64,000 nt of DNA from an uncultured bacterium (lineage in GTDB: Bacteria; Patescibacteriota; Minisyncoccia; Phycocordibacterales; UBA918), in the NCBI GenBank assembly GCA_965652925.1, contig CBFGXL010000004.1, forward strand, positions 358-64,357, in the 5' to 3' direction. This document shows positions 51,138 to 60,349 of this stretch, one piece after another (position 1 is the stretch's first letter; each line of letters starts with the position of its first letter). A program made the position numbers and the translations under genes. The notes below the pieces were generated by a model. The model saw only the letters and a program-made list of their open reading frames with translations, had not been told where the DNA came from and ran no database searches.

Positions 51138-51500
51138 TCAGGTCTCGCACAGTGCGTCGATCTCTTCAGATGGCGGGGGTTCAGGTGAAAGAACCGATTC
51201 GCCGAACCGAAGCTCAATGTTTGTGAGAATGCGCCTGATAATCTCCTCCGCCAGTTCAGCGTTCACGTCCTCGACTTTCTCGCCGCGGGCGTTCGCAAAC
51301 ATCTCGCAGAGGGTTCTGATGGCCTCTTTCTGCCCTTCTCTGTTACTCATTTCGTGGGCGAACGTAATGAGCTCTTCTTTTTGCCTATCTTTGACAAAAA
51401 GAGCAGCGGTTAACACCGCTGTGTTAATATCCCTCTGCAGCAGCGTCATGACGCTCTCCTGTGAGTTTGAGATGAAAAAGCCGCAATGCGGTCTGGCCAA
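51138..51500 (-). CDS. Hypothetical protein
   Basis: 120-aa ORF, acidic and helical. No family recognised. The start could be the internal MTLLQRD. Confidence 0.3.
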   Translation of the reverse strand: MARPHCGFFISNSQESVMTLLQRDINTAVLTAALFVKDRQKEELITFAHEMSNREGQKEAIRTLCEMFANARGEKVEDVNAELAEEIIRRILTNIELRFGESVLSPEPPPSEEIDALCET

Positions 51501-51618
51501 TTTATACCATGTTATTTATAAAAGTCGAGCTAGCGTTCTGGGCGAGATTGGAACTTTTTAATACAAAAAGAACCCTTTGTTTAGACTCGCGGGTTCAAAC
51601 GAGTTATACATTTGCAGG

Positions 51619-52026
51619 TTAGTCGCGCAAGCGGAATCTCCGTTGCCGTTCAACACTGCGGAATTTGATGGCAACCTTCTTTTCCTCGGGTCTTGTCAGA
51701 GTAAGCACCCCCGCAGCTTTTCCGCACGAAAACGGAATGCCCCGCGATTGGTTCACCAGCAGACGAAACTCCGCTTTGAGTTCGCGATAAGGTGCAGGAG
51801 TCATTCGGTCTTTCACCCTAACACTGCAGGCGCCCTCGACAGTAATCTCATAGTCCTCATAGGCTGTGTCGAGCCGAATCCAAGAGATCTTCCTGTGCGA
51901 CCACCGCGGAGAGGTCGAGGCATCCGCCTCCTCTCCAGTGTCTCTGAGAAAGAACTCACGAATGAGCGCGTCGACCTTGCGAAGCGCTTCTTCTGTGTAG
52001 CGAGTCGTCTCAAAAGAATTTCCCAT
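51619..52026 (-). CDS. Hypothetical protein
   Basis: 135-aa ORF with no recognised family. The region upstream of it (52030-52200) is AT-rich and promoter-like. Confidence 0.3.
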   Translation of the reverse strand: MGNSFETTRYTEEALRKVDALIREFFLRDTGEEADASTSPRWSHRKISWIRLDTAYEDYEITVEGACSVRVKDRMTPAPYRELKAEFRLLVNQSRGIPFSCGKAAGVLTLTRPEEKKVAIKFRSVERQRRFRLRD

Positions 52027-52199
52027 TCACATTCTCCATCGCGGAAATGAGTGATATCAACCGACATCGCATCGGCACAATATTTATATCATAAATATTG
52101 AAAAAGTCAATATATTGCTGTCCATTGTCCATATGGGATGAAGTCGGGACTTTTGTAAAATTGACAAATTGATATTCCGCATAGATACTTCTTCTAAGT

Positions 52200-52592
52200 C
52201 TGAAGAGATAGGAAATCAAACGAGACTCCGGGAAGTAGGTGCCGTACCAAAAACCGGATCAGGCCAATTAGGAACCAGGTCTGCGCGAGAAGCTCCTCAT
52301 ACGTGAGTATTGGAGCACCATAGAGGGTACACAGTCCCGTATTGTGAGCAGGAAAGTTCAAACTGAGTAGGGGTAAGTTGCGGACAGACCCAACCCGAAA
52401 ATGGGGGCACGGTTTGCCTCCAAGCCTCAGGTCTCTTCAGACGGGGAGAAATTACACGTGCAAGCTTAAGCCGTTAGGTGTAGGCGCAGCGCAAGCGAGT
52501 TCCAACGCGGAGCGAACAAGTACGTTTCTCCCCTCAAACAAGCCGTGGTGGTCACTGATCACCACGGTTTTTCTTTTCTGTGGCGCTCTGGG
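52200..52592 (+). ncRNA. Candidate structured ncRNA of unknown class (promoter-to-terminator unit lacking an ORF)
   Basis: A sigma70-like promoter TTGACA-17nt-GATACT at 52163-52196. Strong intrinsic terminator ccgtggtggtcactgatcaccacgg + T-run at ~52552-52590. No ORF longer than 70 aa in sense. Long-range complementary segments (ggtctgcgc...gcggacagacc; acggggagaaa...tttctccccuc). Confidence 0.35.
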
Positions 52593-52700
52593 ACGAAGCT
52601 TGAAATGTATGGGTATACATTTCAAGGAGGTTACCTGCTCTTTTGTTTAAAAAGAGCGATAACCTGTACTGAACATGTAATGTTGGAACTTTTTTTATCT

Positions 52701-53267
52701 TTATTGTGACTCACCGTCAGAATAAACAGCAATTCTGTCATCAATATATTTGCTTTGTCTTTTATAGGAAACAAGTAAGAAGATGAGCGCGAAAATAAAT
52801 ATCAATTCAGGGTTAATATTTGCAAAACTTTGGGACTCTGTATAAAGCTTCATAAAAAGCCAAACAGCTGGTGTTAGCACCACAACCGCTATAAGGGTTT
52901 TGTAGAGCTCCTTCATCATAACTAGTTTTTCAATAGTGATGTCCTTTTTAGAAGCAATGACATAGTCTCGGTACCAATTACTTTTCTTATTAGGATCCTG
53001 ATTTTTCTCCTTTTTTGATGAAGAAGAAAAGGTCTTGGAAAAATACATCATGATAAATGTCCCTACTCGGTTCGCAAACACACCCGCAATGAAATACAAG
53101 ACGAGTAGATTCACGATATCAAGCGTTTGAGGTGAATCGGGAGTAACATCAACCCCAGCAAAAGTTTCCAAGAGGAAAACAAAAAACACTCCAGGTATGA
53201 AGTGACATATCAAATTGTAGGATGAAACTGTTGAAAAATTGGCTGTGACCGACTCGGGAATATTCAT
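52701..53267 (-). CDS. Hypothetical membrane protein
   Basis: 188 aa with about four TM helices. It lies immediately downstream (minus sense) of repeat copy B. No family recognised. Confidence 0.35.
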   Translation of the reverse strand: MNIPESVTANFSTVSSYNLICHFIPGVFFVFLLETFAGVDVTPDSPQTLDIVNLLVLYFIAGVFANRVGTFIMMYFSKTFSSSSKKEKNQDPNKKSNWYRDYVIASKKDITIEKLVMMKELYKTLIAVVVLTPAVWLFMKLYTESQSFANINPELIFIFALIFLLVSYKRQSKYIDDRIAVYSDGESQ

Positions 53268-53422
53268 AATTTTCTTGATTTAATTGAAGCTTTTACTCAG
53301 CCTCCTTACTGAGCAATATATACCCGAATAAAGCTTAACTATTTCCAAGCAACGAATTTGGGTTTTCGTCAAAAATTTGTACCCTGAGCTTCGAGTGCTT
53401 GGTGCAAAGCCTCCCAGGATTC

Positions 53423-53489
53423 GGTCACGAGTTACTAAGCCTTTTGCTCCAAGCGTTCACAAAAGTCTAAGTACTCTCGACCCCGGCTC
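53423..53489. repeat. tRNA-associated intergenic repeat, copy B
   Basis: GGTCACGAGTTACTAAG-N26-CTAAGTACTCTCGACCCCGGCTC. It is followed at 53527-53541 by an inverted copy (ttcgagtccttgtac) of the tRNA-Gln 3' end. Confidence 0.8.
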
Positions 53490-53549
53490 GCAGGCCCAGA
53501 GGGTTCCCTGCTCCGCCTTTCGAGTCCTTGTACTCCGAGCAACGGCAAA

Positions 53550-53577
53550 GGCCGCAAACACTCACGTGTTTGCGGCC
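53550..53577 (-). terminator. Hairpin terminator downstream of tRNA-Gln
   Basis: ggccgcaaacac-tcac-gtgtttgcggcc, a 12-bp stem. Confidence 0.55.
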
Positions 53578-53586
53578 TGCCGATTG

Positions 53587-53657
53587 CTGGGGTACAAGGA
53601 CTCGAACCTCGATACTCAGGACCAAAACCTGATGTCCTACCATTAGACGATACCCCA
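53587..53657 (-). tRNA. tRNA-Gln (anticodon TTG)
   Basis: Sense strand TGGGGTATCGTCTAATGGTAGGACATCAGGTTTTGGTCCTGAGTATCGAGGTTCGAGTCCTTGTACCCCAG. U1-A72 and the TGGGGTA...TACCCCAG ends match bacterial tRNA-Gln. Confidence 0.85.
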
Positions 53658-53675
53658 ATATGCATCTGTACTGCA

Positions 53676-53810
53676 GCGTCAATACTCAGGACCATTTCAT
53701 TACATGAACGGTTCAGGTTGTCGCTCTTTCTTCCAAAAAGAGCTGGCAACCTCCTTCAAGACTCCCCCGGACTCTTGAAGCCTGATGTCCTGCCATGAGA
53801 CGATACCCCA
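53676..53810 (-). pseudogene. Degenerate tRNA-Gln-like fragments (pseudo-tRNA / possible integration-site remnant)
   Basis: On the minus strand, GGGGTATCGTCTCATGGCAGGACATCAGG (near-copy of the tRNA-Gln 5' half) is followed by a ~60-nt insert containing a hairpin, and then GGTCCTGAGTATTGACG (copy of the anticodon 3' stem/variable region). There is no intact T-arm. Confidence 0.5.
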
Positions 53811-53918
53811 AGTGCAAGCGCAATACTAACGCACTGACACCACTATTTCAACCGGACTTCATGCGTTCTTCGGGGTCTGTCTGGTACACTATTTTCATTA
53901 ACATTAAGCACGAGCACT

Positions 53919-54281
53919 ATGGCTTACGTAGATGGTTTTGTATTGGTGGTCCCCAAAGAGAACAAGGCAGCATATAAGAAGATGGCAAAAGAAGGAGCAA
54001 AAGCCTGGAAGGAATTTGGCGCCCTTGAGTACAAGGAATGCCGGGCTGACGATATGACCCCCAACAATGTATTCTTCACTTTTCCCAAGATGGCCAAGGC
54101 AAAAGAAGGAGAAGAGGTGTGGTTCTCTTTTATTGTATTCAAGAATAAAGCTGAACGAAATGCGATCAACAAGAAAGTAATGGCGTATTTTGACAAGAAG
54201 TATGCAGGCAAAGACATGCCAATGCCATTTGACATGAAGCGCTTTGCATACGGCGGGTTCACTGTTGAAATCGAGGCATAG
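53919..54281 (+). CDS. DUF1428 domain protein
   Basis: MAYVDGFVLVVPKENKAAYKKMA... matches the DUF1428 consensus. 120 aa. Bidirectional terminator at 54296-54335. Confidence 0.65.
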   Translation: MAYVDGFVLVVPKENKAAYKKMAKEGAKAWKEFGALEYKECRADDMTPNNVFFTFPKMAKAKEGEEVWFSFIVFKNKAERNAINKKVMAYFDKKYAGKDMPMPFDMKRFAYGGFTVEIEA

Positions 54282-54334
54282 CTCCATGGCCTCAACAAAA
54301 ATGCCGGCACAGCGCCGGCATTTTTTGTTTTTCT

Positions 54335-54622
54335 TTACCCACCCTTGCTTCTTTTGTAGCAGTCCAAGCACAGAAGGTTGCTCGTATCGCGCGGCGTAAA
54401 AGGAAGGCTTGTTATCGCTGTTCCGCAATTACTGCACTTCCAATCCCCCTCAACACGCGGGCGATCGCTTGTTGGAGTGGCGGCTCCTCCGCTCCCTTCC
54501 GCTCGCTTCTTTGCATGACACTCCCTGCACGTAAGTCCAGCAGTTGAGCGCGGTTCAAATGGCAGTTCGGTTATCGCCTTTCCGCACGTGCTGCACGTCC
54601 AATTTCCTTGAAATGTATTCAT
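54335..54622 (-). CDS. Tandem zinc-ribbon protein (two CxxC-X17-CxxC modules)
   Basis: Internal duplication: W(T/K)CS(T/N)CG(K/T)AIT(E/S)LPF(E/T)PR...L(T/L)C(R/L)(E/D)C appears twice. Eight Cys in four CxxC pairs. Confidence 0.45.
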   Translation of the reverse strand: MNTFQGNWTCSTCGKAITELPFEPRSTAGLTCRECHAKKRAEGSGGAATPTSDRPRVEGDWKCSNCGTAITSLPFTPRDTSNLLCLDCYKRSKGG

Positions 54623-54682
54623 AAATTTCTAGTATACACCGCTGCTGTACAATTGCCTCCATTTTTGGAGTAAAATTACAGG

Positions 54683-55567
54683 GTGAGTTTGCTCAATCAG
54701 ACCAACCTCGAATTTATAAGGGAAAAGCTTTTCTCCTTCCCTATTGCCCTTTCGATTCTTTTACTGCTGCCGCCATTGGGCGTTGGGGACGCATACCTTA
54801 TTCTCGGGCACGCGCATTTTATGATGACTGCCTTGTACCAATACAAGATGGGCAGAATCACAAAATGGAGTATCGTTGCATATATCGGGCTTTTTGCACT
54901 CTTGTTCTTTATCGCTTACGAGATACCACAGGCTTTTACGCTCTTTGTTGCGATATCACTCTTGTTCCATGTATACCGAGGCGAGGCGCGGCACATTAAA
55001 AAGCCTTTTAGTCTGCCTTATCTTTTCATGACCTTGGGCATAGGCGCTCTTATTGGGACATGGCTCTCAGTTGAACTCTGGCAATTGGCCATCAACCCGC
55101 TGATCCCGCTTGTCTCTTCTGCGCTTTTGGTATTACTTGCGATCTATTTTTTCATACGCGAGCAAGGCAAGCAGGTAGAGCTTTTGTTTTACACCCTCGT
55201 TGTACTCTATCTCGTGTTCGTCTCTCTGGAATTTCTCGGCCTGCGGCCTTCTGGACTCCAAAGTTTCGGCTTTATTGTTATTGGTCATTATATGGCGACG
55301 TATTTCAACGTCTACCATAGCTTCACCCGCAAAGGTGAGGGCCGGCAGTGGATCTTTGTTTTAGAAAGTTTTGCTATGAATCTTCTCTTTCTGGCGGGCT
55401 ACCTATTTGTCTTCAATTTCCTTGGTACCGATAACGCCCTTTATGACTATGTCTACAACCCTATCTCATTCTATGTATGGACGCTCATGCACTTCATCAC
55501 GACCATGGATTTCAAAAAGTACAAAGAGCAAGTACTTGCGTATGCCCATGCGCGAAAAGGAGCGTGA
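54683..55567 (+). CDS. Hypothetical polytopic membrane protein
   Basis: 294 aa with 8 or more predicted TM helices. No family recognised. Confidence 0.4.
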   Translation: MSLLNQTNLEFIREKLFSFPIALSILLLLPPLGVGDAYLILGHAHFMMTALYQYKMGRITKWSIVAYIGLFALLFFIAYEIPQAFTLFVAISLLFHVYRGEARHIKKPFSLPYLFMTLGIGALIGTWLSVELWQLAINPLIPLVSSALLVLLAIYFFIREQGKQVELLFYTLVVLYLVFVSLEFLGLRPSGLQSFGFIVIGHYMATYFNVYHSFTRKGEGRQWIFVLESFAMNLLFLAGYLFVFNFLGTDNALYDYVYNPISFYVWTLMHFITTMDFKKYKEQVLAYAHARKGA

Positions 55568-55568
55568 A

Positions 55569-57230
55569 CTATTTTGATTCGTAAGCTGCCTTCACAAATG
55601 CAGTAAACAGCGGATGTGGGTCCAACGGACGCGCGTGAAACTCTGGATGGAACTGCACACCCACGAAAAACGGATGCACATCCTTCGGAAGCTCCGAGAT
55701 CTCCATCAGGCGGTTGTCAGGAGACTTCCCTGAGAACACCCAGCCGGAGGCTTCAAGCTGGTCAATATACGCTGGGTTAACTTCATAGCGGTGGCGGTGG
55801 CGCTCACTGATCTCCTCTTTGCCGTACGCTTTTGCTGCGATTGAGCCTTTCTTCAAAAGCGCAGGGTATTCCCCGAGTCGCATGGTGCCGCCCATCTGCG
55901 ACTTCGCAATCTTCTCCTTCTGGTCAGGCATGACGTCGATAACCAAATGCTGTGCAGATGGCTCTATCTCGGCAGTTGAGACACTCTTGAGCTTAAGGAC
56001 GTTCTTTGCGTATTCCAAAACTGCAAGCTGCATGCCGTAGCAGATGCCGAAGTATGGGATCTTGTTCTTGCGGATGTACTCGATGACATTGAGCTTGCCG
56101 TCAATGCCAGTTGAACCAAAGCCTCCAGGAATAAGGATGCCGTCGAACGCCTTAAGCTCTTTGAGGTTCTTCTTGTCTGCAAAGCGCTGTGCGGGCAGAT
56201 AGGTGATAACCGGCTTCAAGCCAAGCTTGTACGTAGAGTACTTGATCGCCTCAAGGACCGAGATGTATACGTCCGAAAGGATGAAATCTCCTGAGTTGAA
56301 ATATTTGCCTACAACGGCGATCTTCACGGTGTCCTTGCCGTTCTTGGACTTTGCCACAAACTTCTTCCACTCCTCGAGGTTGGACTTCTTCTTCGGAAGA
56401 CCAAGGAGATCGCATAAACGGGCTGAGAGATCGTCTTTCTCGAAATTGACCGGCACGTCATACACGCTCGCAACGTCAGGAGCGGAGATAACGTGCTCAG
56501 GCTTCACGTTGCAGAACTGCGCGATCTTCTCTTTGCGCTTCTGATCAATAGGTACCGGAGCGCGTGCAAGGATGAAATCAGCGAAAACGCCGGCGCTATT
56601 AAGCGTACGTGATGCGTGCTGGGTGGGCTTGGTCTTCATCTCACCGATAGAGCCGGGGACCGGCAAGTAGCTTACCATCACAACAGCAACACCATTTGGA
56701 GTCTGTGACTTCATCATACGTACTGCCTCAAGGAAGAGGATGTTCTCGTATTCACCAATAGTGCCGCCTATCTCCACAATGACCACGTCCGCATGCGCGT
56801 GCTCCCCCGCTTTCTTGATGCGGGAAATGACCTCAAGCGGCACGTCCGGCACCACCTGCACATTCTTGCCTTTGTATTCAAGGTTGCGTTCTTTTTTGAT
56901 GACAGAGCTGTATACGCTTCCGGTGGTCATGTAGTTGATGTCCGGGATATCAACATTGAGGAAACGCTCATAGTTTCCCATATCCTGATCGGTCTCAAGG
57001 CCACCCTGCAAAACAAAAACCTCGCCGTGCTCGGTGGGGTTCATGGTGCCTGCGTCGACGTTGATGTAGGGGTCGATCTTCATGGCGGTTACGATGAGTC
57101 CCCGCGCCTGCAGTATCTTTGCAATTGATGATGATGCAACACCCTTTCCCACTCCCGACATAACACCGCCGACGACAAAGATGTATTTAGTTGTACTGGA
57201 TTTCTTTGATGCTGATTTCTTGCTTGCCAT
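55569..57230 (-). CDS. pyrG: CTP synthase
   Basis: N-terminal synthetase domain KYIFVVGGVMSGVGKG and C-terminal GATase with catalytic Cys in GICYGMQ. Confidence 0.95.
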   Translation of the reverse strand: MASKKSASKKSSTTKYIFVVGGVMSGVGKGVASSSIAKILQARGLIVTAMKIDPYINVDAGTMNPTEHGEVFVLQGGLETDQDMGNYERFLNVDIPDINYMTTGSVYSSVIKKERNLEYKGKNVQVVPDVPLEVISRIKKAGEHAHADVVIVEIGGTIGEYENILFLEAVRMMKSQTPNGVAVVMVSYLPVPGSIGEMKTKPTQHASRTLNSAGVFADFILARAPVPIDQKRKEKIAQFCNVKPEHVISAPDVASVYDVPVNFEKDDLSARLCDLLGLPKKKSNLEEWKKFVAKSKNGKDTVKIAVVGKYFNSGDFILSDVYISVLEAIKYSTYKLGLKPVITYLPAQRFADKKNLKELKAFDGILIPGGFGSTGIDGKLNVIEYIRKNKIPYFGICYGMQLAVLEYAKNVLKLKSVSTAEIEPSAQHLVIDVMPDQKEKIAKSQMGGTMRLGEYPALLKKGSIAAKAYGKEEISERHRHRYEVNPAYIDQLEASGWVFSGKSPDNRLMEISELPKDVHPFFVGVQFHPEFHARPLDPHPLFTAFVKAAYESK

Positions 57231-57250
57231 TGATTACAAATTACTATTTC

Positions 57251-58171
57251 CTAAACGTGCAGATACCTCGCGACGGCAAGTATGCTCGATGCCATGCCGA
57301 GCACAATGCCTGACCCCACGATAATGCCGAATATCCGTGCAAAATCTGAGACGAAATATTCAAAGAGATTGAACTGGAAGAAGGCCTGTGTCTCTGGTCC
57401 GATCCATAACACAAGCGGGTACAAGATAAGGAGCGCCAGCACGCCTGCTACCACGCCATACATGATCCCCTGCAGCATAAATGGCCCACGGATGAAGGTG
57501 TTGCTCGCTCCCACAAGACGCATAACCGCAATTTCTTCGCGGGAAGTGTAGATTGCCAGCCGGATAGTATTGAACGTGATCAGCACTGACGCAGAGACAA
57601 GTACGATCATCGTCACCCATGTCGAGCGCTCAACAGCACTGATGATGCTCGTGAGCTTATCAATCGCCTCCTTATTCTTCACGAAGTTGACTTCATCGAT
57701 AATCGGCTTCTGCGGATCCTCCGATGCCTGCTGATCACTTAAGAACTGAGCGATGCCCTCGTACTGCGAAGTCTCTTTTGCGCGGATAGACAGTGACGCA
57801 CCGAGCGGGTTGTCGCCAAGCTCCTCAAGTCCCTGCATGATTGTTTCATCGTTTTGATGACGCTCACTAAACTGTGCGAGTGCTTCTTCACGCGAGGTGA
57901 ATGTCACTTCTGCCACGTCCGGCAGCGCCTCAAGCGAAGATCGAAGCGCGTCTATGTCCGATTGCTCAGCGGTAGTAACAAAATAAACATTGATATCAAC
58001 TTTGCTTTGAATATTCTCAAGTGAAACAGCAAGCAGTTTATCAATCATCATTGTGGAACCGACCACAAACAGAGCGACAGTCATCACAAAAATGGCGGCA
58101 ATGGAAACAAACGCATTGCGCCAGAACCCCACAAAACCTGATCGTATTACGCGCTTGGTAGCTGTCCACAT
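57251..58171 (-). CDS. ftsX: Cell division permease-like protein FtsX
   Basis: Topology of N-terminal TM, large periplasmic loop and three C-terminal TM helices. It lies directly downstream of ftsE. Confidence 0.85.
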   Translation of the reverse strand: MWTATKRVIRSGFVGFWRNAFVSIAAIFVMTVALFVVGSTMMIDKLLAVSLENIQSKVDINVYFVTTAEQSDIDALRSSLEALPDVAEVTFTSREEALAQFSERHQNDETIMQGLEELGDNPLGASLSIRAKETSQYEGIAQFLSDQQASEDPQKPIIDEVNFVKNKEAIDKLTSIISAVERSTWVTMIVLVSASVLITFNTIRLAIYTSREEIAVMRLVGASNTFIRGPFMLQGIMYGVVAGVLALLILYPLVLWIGPETQAFFQFNLFEYFVSDFARIFGIIVGSGIVLGMASSILAVARYLHV

Positions 58172-58200
58172 AAAAAATAAATACTTGAAATTATCCCCTT

Positions 58201-58881
58201 TTACAAAACATATTTCCCTTCCTGGTCGTCGCGCACGATGCGTCCCTCATCCATGGTAATGACGCGTCGGCCGAGCTCATCAATGACCCCTTTGTTGTGC
58301 GTGGTCATAATGACTGTCGTGCCGAGGTCATTGATCTTTCTGAGGATCTGTACGACTTCGTAGGTAGCAATCGGGTCAAGATTGCCCGTAGGTTCATCGG
58401 CAATGATAATGTCCGGCTGGTTCACAATAGCCCGCGCGATCGCTACACGCTGTTTCTCTCCTCCTGAGAGCTCTCCAGGGAAATTCCAGATCTTATCCTC
58501 AAGATCAACCAGTGCCAAAGCCTGGGGCACATTCTCGCGAATCTCCTCGTCGCTACGGCCATTGGCTTCCATGGCGAACGCAATATTCTCATAAGCAGTC
58601 ATATGCGGGAGCAGCTTGAAATCCTGAAAGACGGTCCCGATCTTGCGGCGATATTTGGGAAGCTTTGTGCGAGGTATCTTGTGTATATCAAGCGACTCAA
58701 AAAAGACCTGCCCCTCTGTTGGCCTGTCTTCAGCAATAAGCATCTTCAGAAGCGTGGTCTTTCCTGCTCCTGAATGTCCCACAATAGAGACGAATTCTTT
58801 CGGGGCAACCTGAAACGATACACCTTGAAGTGCTATTGAACCTCCGTTGTACAGTTTCGATACATTATCGAAGTAGATCAT
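58201..58881 (-). CDS. ftsE: Cell division ATP-binding protein FtsE
   Basis: ABC ATPase motifs: Walker [10 protein letters not shown], signature [15 protein letters not shown], Walker [13 protein letters not shown]. 226 aa. Confidence 0.9.
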   Translation of the reverse strand: MIYFDNVSKLYNGGSIALQGVSFQVAPKEFVSIVGHSGAGKTTLLKMLIAEDRPTEGQVFFESLDIHKIPRTKLPKYRRKIGTVFQDFKLLPHMTAYENIAFAMEANGRSDEEIRENVPQALALVDLEDKIWNFPGELSGGEKQRVAIARAIVNQPDIIIADEPTGNLDPIATYEVVQILRKINDLGTTVIMTTHNKGVIDELGRRVITMDEGRIVRDDQEGKYVL

Positions 58882-58972
58882 AAAAACAAAATGTTATGTA
58901 TTACCACCTTCCGTCCTTCCTGTACACGCAAAGATCCCTTGTGGTACTGCATCATAACTAACGCTTCCCATT

Positions 58973-59848
58973 TTACTTTAGTTCCGCACTCGCGTCTAGA
59001 AATAGCTGTATATCGCCATTCAAAACCGCGTCAATCTTTGCAGTTTCGGTGTTAGTTCGGTGGTCTTTTACCATCTGGTATGGATGGAGTACATAAGAGC
59101 GTATTTGGCTTCCCCACTCGATCTTGAGCGTTTTCTCAACAGAAAGTCCTTGCAGTTCCCGCTTGCGCTGTTCCTCATTGAACGCGAAGACCTTGCCGGC
59201 AAGAAGCGCCAGACCGCGCTCTTTGTTCTGCAACTGGCTGCGCTCGCTGGAGACATTGACGCTGATGTTTGTCGGTTTGTGCACAATACGCACTGCGGTT
59301 TCCCGCTTGTTGACGTTCTGTCCGCCGGCTCCGCCGGAGCGCGCAAAGCTCACCTCAATATCTTCTTCTGCAATGCCGATCTCGCCTGCGTTCGCCACTT
59401 TTGGCGACACTTCAACAAGTACAAATGAGGTCTGGCGTTTGCCATTGCTGTTAAATGGCGATATACGGACCAAACGGTGCACTCCTGATTCGTGCTGCAG
59501 CGTGCCGTACGCTTCACGGCCACCTATCTCAAAAGTGATATTGCGATAGCCGTTGTGGTCGTTCTGGTTGGAATCGATCTCCGACACACCCCATCCACGT
59601 TTTTCAGCGTATCTCTGATACATCTGAGTGAGCATGCGTGCGAAGTCTTCTGCGTCATCCCCTCCAGCTCCTGCAACAATAGTGACAATAGCATCATTGC
59701 GGTCGTACTTGCCCTTTCCTTCTTTGGCATCCTTCAGCTCCTCAAGCTCCTTGAACATAGCCTGTGCTTTCTGTGGGTCACTCCAAAAATCATTCTGCAG
59801 CATTGCATGTTCGATCTCGTCAATGCGTTTTTGAATATCTTCTTGCAT
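58973..59848 (-). CDS. prfB: Peptide chain release factor 2 (N-terminally short)
   Basis: SPF tripeptide ([15 protein letters not shown]) and GGQ motif ([11 protein letters not shown]). At 291 aa it is about 40 aa shorter at the N-terminus than the E. coli protein. Confidence 0.85.
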   Translation of the reverse strand: MQEDIQKRIDEIEHAMLQNDFWSDPQKAQAMFKELEELKDAKEGKGKYDRNDAIVTIVAGAGGDDAEDFARMLTQMYQRYAEKRGWGVSEIDSNQNDHNGYRNITFEIGGREAYGTLQHESGVHRLVRISPFNSNGKRQTSFVLVEVSPKVANAGEIGIAEEDIEVSFARSGGAGGQNVNKRETAVRIVHKPTNISVNVSSERSQLQNKERGLALLAGKVFAFNEEQRKRELQGLSVEKTLKIEWGSQIRSYVLHPYQMVKDHRTNTETAKIDAVLNGDIQLFLDASAELK

Positions 59849-59850
59849 GA

Positions 59851-60273
59851 CTAAATCATTTTTCGATAATACTTCGTATCTCGTTCTTCATATCCTCTTT
59901 TTATATAGAGTGGCTGCACCGTAGGACGTGAGCATGTAAGTGCTATCTCATCTGCCCCCCACTGCCGTGCCTTCTTTTCGAGGGCCTCCATGATGGTCGT
60001 AAAATACCCACGACCGCGATACGATTCATCCACGACAATGTTGTTGATATAAGCGGTAATGTGTACCGGGTGCGTGAGGTAGCCAACCACCCCCAACCCT
60101 CGTAGGTGTCCGGCCTCAACAAGCCCAAGCATGTACGTCTGTTCGTCAGTGGCGGTGCGGCGCAAGAGATCCTCGTTCGGTGCTTCCCCTAGCTTTATGA
60201 GTTGCTTCTGCAAAGAAAGGCAGTCTTGCATTACGGAGTCGATATTTGTCTCAGTTATCTCAATGAGTTCCAT
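59851..60273 (-). CDS. GNAT family N-acetyltransferase
   Basis: Motif A region [22 protein letters not shown]. Start taken at MELIEITE. The longer track ORF runs into repeat copy C. Confidence 0.7.
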   Translation of the reverse strand: MELIEITETNIDSVMQDCLSLQKQLIKLGEAPNEDLLRRTATDEQTYMLGLVEAGHLRGLGVVGYLTHPVHITAYINNIVVDESYRGRGYFTTIMEALEKKARQWGADEIALTCSRPTVQPLYIKRGYEERDTKYYRKMI

Positions 60274-60349
60274 GCACAGTAGTCTAACAAAGCCGCCATG
60301 ATTGCGGAAGCAATCATGGCGGCTTTCAATCACAGGATTGGTCACGAGT

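Noticed and set aside
52200-52592. tmRNA (ssrA) identity for the ORF-less transcript
   Set aside because: There is no tRNA-like T-arm (GGTTCGAnTCC) or acceptor/CCA end, and no tag-peptide reading frame ending in ALAA-stop.
59849-59900. Possible programmed +1 frameshift providing an RF2 N-terminal extension (12-codon uORF ending in UGA, shifting into the prfB frame)
   Set aside because: The uORF is in the third frame, overlapping the GNAT C-terminus. The canonical CUU UGA C slippery context and upstream SD-like enhancer are absent. It is most likely coincidence.
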